Positions 56,601 to 64,000 of a DNA stretch of 64,000 nucleotides are shown piece after piece. The translations under genes and the position numbers were made by a program. The DNA lies in the NCBI RefSeq assembly GCF_963676685.1, contig NC_092356.1, forward strand, positions 29,388,001-29,452,000, written 5' to 3'. This stretch comes from Mytilus edulis. Taxonomy: Eukaryota. Each line of letters starts with the position of its first letter. Position 1 is the stretch's first letter. The notes beneath the pieces are model-generated. The model ran no database searches. It saw nothing but the letters and a program-made list of their open reading frames with translations, and was not told where the DNA came from.

Positions 56601-59049
56601 TGCAATAAACCTTCAAATGCTGGACAATTGGTGTACACTATCAAATGCGATCCAAGTCATTCTAAGCAGCAGCAAAAACGTGAAAATATTAAGCTCATGC
56701 AGAAATTATATTTTTAAAGATAGATTATTTTCTAAAGTTAGATTTCTGTCTGAAGTTCATTTTGACATAACATCTGGAAATAATGCTTTGTCTCAGAAAG
56801 AAAGATCTCTCATTGCAGAGGTTTACCTATTAAGAAATGACGTTGACTTGTTAATGAGATCAAACATAGTAATGAAATATGACTTCTTTCCATTATTATG
56901 TCAATTGTACTCATCAAAAGAGTCCAGTGATGTAGAAAAATATTTTACAGATCCTATGGAAGCAATAAATGTAGAGCTAGAATCTCTAATGAACGAAACT
57001 GATCAAACAACTTTTGCAACACTATTTTTATTTGTTATCTACAATAACTGCATAGATGAAAACATTTTCAATCAGAGGGCAGAAATAAGGAATATTTTAC
57101 TAAATTTATCTGATCATTTTATTATTTCGTCCGTTTTGTCAATAAATGTTGTCAAATTACAATTAAATAAGCTAATCAATAGTTTTGTAAAAAAATGTGC
57201 AAATTCTTATACCACTATACACGACAAAATTTTTGACATCTTGTTTTTTTTCTGCGGAGACAGGTATTTTGATCTCTGTCTCGAAGTCGCACATACCGAT
57301 TTAATACGTGATCGATTCCAGTTATCGTCACTCCATGCAAAAACTTCTGACGGTATCGTTATTGTTGCTGTGGGTAAAGAAGACGCATATTTTGACAGAA
57401 TTTCAAATGATATTCGTAATGGTCATATAGCTAACGTTTTTATAAATAGTCAGATGAAATATTTATCTTATCAACAGAAAATAATTGCAAACCTGAAAAA
57501 GAACAAGGAGTTGCAGAAAATTATTTTATTCTTATCAGATAAAGAATCTTCACCATTGCTTACTGTTGCAAATCAGGGATTCAATTATCTCGTACACTCA
57601 TTGATTGAAATTGGGTTAAGTGTAAATGTTCGCGACGAAACTGGTCGATCACCTCTCTTTCTGGCAACAGATAGTAACCATACTGATACTGCCGATTTGT
57701 TGCTGAATAAAGGTGCTAATCCTGATCTATGTAACAACAGACAAATATCTCCGCTCCACATGGCATGTCTGAATGAAAACATTGAAATTGTTAAATTATT
57801 GGTAAACTCAAAGTGTAACATAGACATTCGTAATGTTTATGACCAAACACCACTCTTCTTTGCATCATTTGTTGGTCAAAAAGAGATAGTTAAATTTTTA
57901 CTAGAAAATAAGTGTGATGTTAATATTAATAGTAAACACAACAATACACCGTTACATGCTGCATGTTACTTTGACAATGTGGAGGTTGTTCAATTATTGC
58001 TGGATTTTAAATGTGATCCCAATATTTCATCTGTATATAATGAATCGCCCCTTTTTGTTGCTTGTATGAGAAACAGCATTTTATCAGCAGAACTTTTGTT
58101 GGAAACGGGATGCAATCCTAATGTGTGTACGCAGTTGGAAGGAAAGATCAATCGGGTTTTTGCGTTTAGAAATATTCACATATTAATCAATATATCTCAA
58201 AAAGACAAAAATCATCAGAAACGTGCAATTCTTTTGGAGTTTGCAAACTCTTATGAAAACGTTTGTGCAGAGCATGCAATGGGTATGAGTATCCTTTGTA
58301 TTTTAGCTTTTAATGGACCCCTAAGTAAACCCGATTCAGCATTCAATATGACTCCACTTTACATTGCGTCAATAAATGGTTTCACTAATGTAGTTAAATT
58401 GTTGTTGATTTACAAAGCTAATCCCTGTTTAGGAACTGGTTTCAATGAAACTCCAATATTTTCTGCAGCTGAAAAAGGTCGCGTCGAAATTGTAAAATTG
58501 CTTTTAAAATTTAAGGCCGATCCAAATTTGTGTAACAAACATAATGTTTGTCCATTGCAACGGGCATCTTTGAACGGATTTTCGGAAGTTGTATATATGT
58601 TAGTGATTCATGGAGCGAATCCGAATCATTACGATGGTTACACAGAGCCTGCGGTCAATCTTGCTACACGTCAATCTTTTTATGAAACTGTTCAAAAACT
58701 GCTGCAATTAAATGGGAATCCAAATATTCCCAACTTTGAAGGAAAAACATGTTTGCATATAGCTTCAGAAAATGGAGATGTGGAAATGGTTAAAATATTG
58801 TTAGAAAATCACGCAGATCCAAACATTCTTGATAATGATTTAATATCACCTCTGTTTCTGGCTTCTAAAAGTGTACACGTTGAGCTGTTTTATAACTATT
58901 TGGTTAAAAATGCTTATCTGGATGACGATCCAATCTTGTACCAAGACCAACTGGCTCTTCCAATACAATGGACCGCAATTGTTAAGTTATTGTTGCGTTA
59001 TAAAGCTGATCCATTGAGCGTTTTTGAATCTGGTTTCAATTGTCTTTGA
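53618..59049 (+). CDS. HEPN(DZIP3-like)-nSTAND3 NTPase-ankyrin repeat protein, copy 2 (intact, 1101 aa)
   Basis: Exons 53618-53834, 55129-55346, 55858-55996, 56318-59049. Exons 1-3 have the same lengths as in copy 1 (217/218/139). RNEIAH at 55269-55286, GPPGCGKS at 56434-56457, VFVYDD, 12 ankyrin repeats. Confidence 0.92.
55430..55625 (+). repeat. Unclassified interspersed repeat
   Basis: AAAATGCCTGTACCAAGTCAGGAATATGACAGTT-like core recurs at ~30440 (+) and inverted at ~44450, 46030, 47470 and 62115. Confidence 0.55.
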
Positions 59050-59589
59050 ATATCAAAATTCGTCGCTGAATATCAATTCCAATTTTATATATTAATGAGT
59101 TTTACATATTAAACATGAACCTGCATAATTATTATGACACTGTGATTCCGGTTATGTTATTTGATGTTTTTTTTTTTATCTGGGTTTAAAAATCAAAACC
59201 TATCATGACATGTCGCATATACATATATATAAATAACATTAGAATGTTGTCTTTGATAAAATGGTAGTTTTAAGGCCATCAATCTATTAGTCTGCTATAT
59301 TTTTGCAAGACAAAGTAGAACAAAATATCGGATACTTTATTCAATTCTACATAATTACATTCAAAATAACGTTATACATTAGAAATGATATAAAAAGCTT
59401 AAATTCCATGATCACTTTTATTTGTTGTTTTGAAATTTTTATTAATATAGTATTAATGATTTATTAATTGAGATATATGATCTTATTTTAATTGTTTGAG
59501 TTCTAATTAATAGAGTTATGACATTTTAGCTAATAGACTCATCATGTAGACTATGTCAGATTGACAATTTGCAGGATTTGTTATGTTCC

Positions 59590-59745
59590 TAACTTTTGGG
59601 AATTTTGTATCCTCAATGCTCTTCATTTTAATACTTGTTTGGCTTTATTACTGTTTTGATCTGAGCGTCACTGATAAGTCTTATGTAGATGAAACGCACG
59701 TCTGGCGTATTAAACCATAAGTCTGGTACCTTTGATAACTATTTC
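59590..59745 (+). mobile_element. Retrozyme/Penelope-type fragment with mutated hammerhead (CUGAUAA) at 59665-59708
   Basis: GCGUCA-CUGAUAA-GUCU(UAUGU)AGAU-GAAAC(GCAC)GUC-UGGCGU. The insertion is absent at the paralogous position downstream of copy 1. Confidence 0.6.
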
Positions 59746-60318
59746 CAATTATAATTTGATGCAACTTTAGAACCGTTAATTGTTGGTATGCATGTACAAC
59801 ATGAGATGCATGATGTCTGGACACTACAGCTCTCATTCGAATTGAAAAAAATGTAATTCCGATTTATGTTAACTGCAAAAGTTGTCTTTTTTCATTGATA
59901 TATTTATGACACTTGAAATAAATAATCGTTCATTACTATTAAGTATGAATGAGTACTGACGTTGTACTTATAATTAGTCGCAGATAAACGAAAAACGATA
60001 CATCAATCATATAGTAAAATTAAACAGATTGTTTTTACAGTTAGTTCTCTCTCATGTGTAGAGCATTGTAGTACTTTAAAATCAAAGTTTATAAGTATGT
60101 ATGGAAATGTTGCGATGTGAACCATTTTTGTAATAACAGCTACTATCATATAGTCTATGTATACATTTTGATTTTTTTTTTGTATCAAATTTTAAGACTT
60201 AAGCAAAGTCAAATATATGTGCAGATAGATATACCTATACACGTATTACAATGTGTTATTTAAGTGTTTATATACAAATTTCATGTGATGGTTTAAATTT
60301 CTGCTTGTTGAATTTCAT

Positions 60319-60464
60319 CTAATTAGTTTGCTTCTTTTAAATAAAATTGCCCTTTTAAACATTTTTGGATTCGAGTGAACTGATAAGTCTTTTGTAGACG
60401 AAACGCGCGTCTGGTGTAAATACAAAATGTTATCCTTGTATCTATGATGAGTTTATTAGCTTGT
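60319..60464 (+). mobile_element. Retrozyme/Penelope-type fragment with mutated hammerhead (CUGAUAA) at 60374-60417
   Basis: CUGAUAA-GUCU(UUUGU)AGAC-GAAAC(GCGC)GUC-UGGUGU with degenerate stem I. Absent at the paralogous position downstream of copy 1. Confidence 0.55.
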
Positions 60465-63400
60465 AATGTACAATTTTATATTTGCACTTTTGAAATAAAA
60501 ATCGATCCGAGTACTGAATGGTCAGTACCTAGTTTTTTATATGTGTTGCACAGTTATACATATGTTTTCATAGAATTCAGTTTGCACTTCCGGAATGTGC
60601 TGTAAAGTTATTGTCATGTTTTTCACATATTAAAATTGAAATTTAAGTTAGATGTTACACAATTTATTTTAGAGATTTCTCTTGTAACGCAGTTTATATA
60701 TTTAGATATGTGTTACACAGTTATTCTGATATTTTTATTGTTTTTCGTGTAACTCAGTTTTCTTGTAACCTTTGTTTATGTCGAATGCACCATTGCAGTA
60801 GCAGGCTTGTTATAACTGTCGATGAGTTAACCTCGTGTAACTTGCATTTTTCTTCTCTATTCTTAAAAGCAAGTCAAGTATTGGATGATGTAATTTTATC
60901 ACAAGTTGGTAGAGTATGCATTTAACAATGTTTCGAAATCAGTTAAAAGCCTTTTCATGCCATTATGTGTGGGGCAAGTCTGATTTGCTACTGCTATTTA
61001 ACAAATATTTGTACAAATTTAATAGCATTATATAATAAATATTTATCATCATTTGTCTGTATTATTTGTATAAAATATTAGTAACGTCATGACAATATTA
61101 AAATCTAGAAGGGTATTCTGTTTATCATAAATGATTTTTTGCACCTTAAGTAGAATAGCCTATATAAAATAAAAATGATAGGATGTTGTAACATTGCCAA
61201 TGTGACAACTATACCCCAAAGAGGGGATCATCAAAGATGACTGGACAATGAATGTAAATCCTAAAGGTGCGATAATCATGTATTTAGAAACAAGTACAAT
61301 AGGGCAAATTATAAAATGCACCTGTTCATTTACATTTAAAGAACGAAACATATTAATTTGAATTGAAAACACATTCATCGTTTTGTTAAAGGCCATTCAA
61401 GATGTAAAAACACGTGGGGTTTAAACTCGCCATAACAAAATGACTATTAATTTCAAAAATGATCAACCCGAACATCACAAAATACTGGATTGTAATCAGG
61501 TGCTCCTGAGGAATCAGGATGTTCTGCTCTACTTTTGACAGACATATTAGCAACACTATCCAATGTCAACTTTACTTGATGAAGATGAGAAAACATATAT
61601 AACGCGTGCTTTGAATTAACAATCGAGCAGTAGTTCTTCCCGGGGGCTTTGAATTGACCCAGCATTTTATCAACACGTTAGAAGCGATATATAAGAGACA
61701 AAAACACATTTTTCAAGTCACAAATAATGCATATAAAGAAAATTTGCGGGTAAAAAATTATCCGGACAAATAAATAAAGGCAACAGTAGTATACCGCTGT
61801 TCAAAACTCATAAATCCATGGACAAAAAACAAAATCGGGGTAACAAACTAAAACCGAGGGAAACGCATTAAATATAAGAGGAGAACAACGACACAACACT
61901 AAAATGTAACACACACAGAAACGGACCAAGCATCAGACGAAAATCCTACGAGAATAACAAATATAACATCAAAACCAAATACATGAATTTGGGATAGACA
62001 AGTGCCGTGACACGTCTTATCGCAATGTGAAATTACACTCAAAAATAAGAGAAAACAAACGACGCAAATTTAAAATGTAACACACACAGAAACGAACAAT
62101 AGTATAACAATGACCATATTCCTGACTTGGTACAGGACATTTTTAAAGGAAAAAATGGAGGGTTGAACCTGGTTTTGTGGCATGCCAAACCTCGCACTTT
62201 AATTGCTATGTTAAATATAACATTGAAATGACAACATAATATTACTGGACTACAATACAAATAAATAGGAGAACGTATTAGACAAAGAAACACATGATTA
62301 ATGGATGACAAAAAACATCAGGTTTACATTCATTACGCCAAAAACGCGCCTCGTCCACACAAGACTTACCAGTGACGCCCAGATATAAAAGATCGAAAGT
62401 GAAAAAAAAGTACAAAGTTGTACAGCACTGAAGATCAAAAGTTGAAAAAGTTTGTGTCAAATACGGCTATGTTTTTATGCTTGGGATAAAAATATCCTTA
62501 TAATTTAGAACAATTAATGCTATTGCAAACAGTAAATTTTATCAAATGAATATAACAGATATACATAATGAAGATGAAGTATTAACTCATTACAGAAAAC
62601 AAACACGAATACCTAATGTAAAGACCAACACAGAATAGACACACCCGGCCTCAACGCAGTTAATCATAAAAATGACGTCACATACGATGGCGAAAAGGCA
62701 CAAAAATGACGTCACATTTGAATTTATGAAATTTCTGAAACAGCAGAAAAATGACGTCACATATGAACAACTATATCTCAAAAGTAAGATAGAATTAGGA
62801 TTGATTAAAGATTATAATAGAACTAAATACTGATATTGCATTTAAACACAATGCATATTGCAATACTTATTATTAGCAATTAACTATAGTATATATATGT
62901 CCAGTTTGTTATGAATCCAACTTCAAACGTAAATTATCGTACAGATTACGTTGACCAAAATTAAATCTAATAAATGAAGGCGGTGATTATTTTTTCTTTC
63001 CATAACACATACATATAATAGAAAAGACGTCAACGCATTTGACAAAATCCTATGAGAATTACAAATATAACATTAAACATTTAAACTAAATACATGAATT
63101 TGGGATAGACAAGTACCGTAACACGTCTTATAGTAATGCGAATTTACACTCAATAAAACAGTCACAATCGGGAATAAGTCACGTTTGGTAATTAAAAGAT
63201 TAGACGACATAAGTCGAAATAAGTCAGAAGCTTTATAAAATTTTCGAGTAAATGTTATAGTAATCCATCTTTATTACCTATGCAATTCACAGTGGTTACA
63301 ATGTGTGGTTAAATTGCAAATGGAAAAGTGGAATAAGTCAACACGAAAACAACCCGATCAAAGAGCAGAAACAGCCTGAGACTGCCATTGGTTCTTAAAA

Positions 63401-64000
63401 TCAGCGAGAAAATCCCGCACCCGTAGGCGGGCTTCAGCTAGCATTACACGGATCAATTCATTGTATCAAAGAGAACAGCATGTTTGTAATAGAAATAAGT
63501 AAGTTGTGGTAGTGATATAGTTCCGAGGTCGCATAAATCACTATCAAGTCTGATCATTAATTTTACTATGTGGAAAAACCCTTAAACACTAACGTCTTTC
63601 AAGACATATAAGGAATAGCAAACGAAGACCGAATGTTTTTAACTCTTTTTACTATAGTTCCTTTAAAAACAAATTCAAAATAAGTGTAATGTAATTGCTG
63701 TATTTACGAGAAATTAATTGCTGTATTTTCGAGAAATTAACGTCTTTATTCGACAAAGATATATGTAGGATAAGAAACAATCTCGCACCTCTGCCATTTT
63801 GTTCCCGAAATTAAAAGTTCGTACCGAACATTTACCATTGTGTACCCATACACCTTATCACTATTTAGTCCAATCCGGGAAAAACAGACATTTATGCAAC
63901 TTCCTGTTTGGGTCAGGCCGCCGAAAATAGAGGTCACCAGTAGTGAGCTGAGGGAGGAAAAACTTTAGAAAGCGATCCTTAAGAAATTTTGATAGAATAT

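Noticed and set aside
62335-62378. Minus-strand hammerhead-like motif (weaker remnant also near 23485)
   Set aside because: The core is degenerate (CUGGUAA, GAGG instead of GAAA), so it is not supportable as a ribozyme.

Overview
AT-rich, intron-containing animal genomic DNA; the repeat landscape suggests a bivalve, probably Mytilus (inference). I reconstructed four genes by hand from GT-AG splice sites and exon phases. (1) A minus-strand class I [4Fe-4S] fumarate hydratase (FumA/B type) with a mitochondrial-type leader: 7 coding exons in the window, running off the left edge. (2) Head-to-head with it, an 8-exon gene for a 347-aa uncharacterised multi-pass membrane protein. (3,4) Two tandem paralogues of a ~1100-aa NLR-like protein: DZIP3-type HEPN domain (intact RxxxxH motif), nSTAND3-type P-loop NTPase, and 12 ankyrin repeats split by a fast-diverging insert. 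The first copy has a +1 frameshift in an A7 run. Non-coding DNA holds Helentron/HINE-like elements with internal tandem arrays, MITEs, SINE-like repeats, a 36-bp minisatellite and several hammerhead-ribozyme motifs, including a ~345-bp tandem retrozyme-like repeat. The best candidate for a novel system is the HEPN-STAND-ankyrin pair, a putative animal NLR-type RNase sensor-effector.
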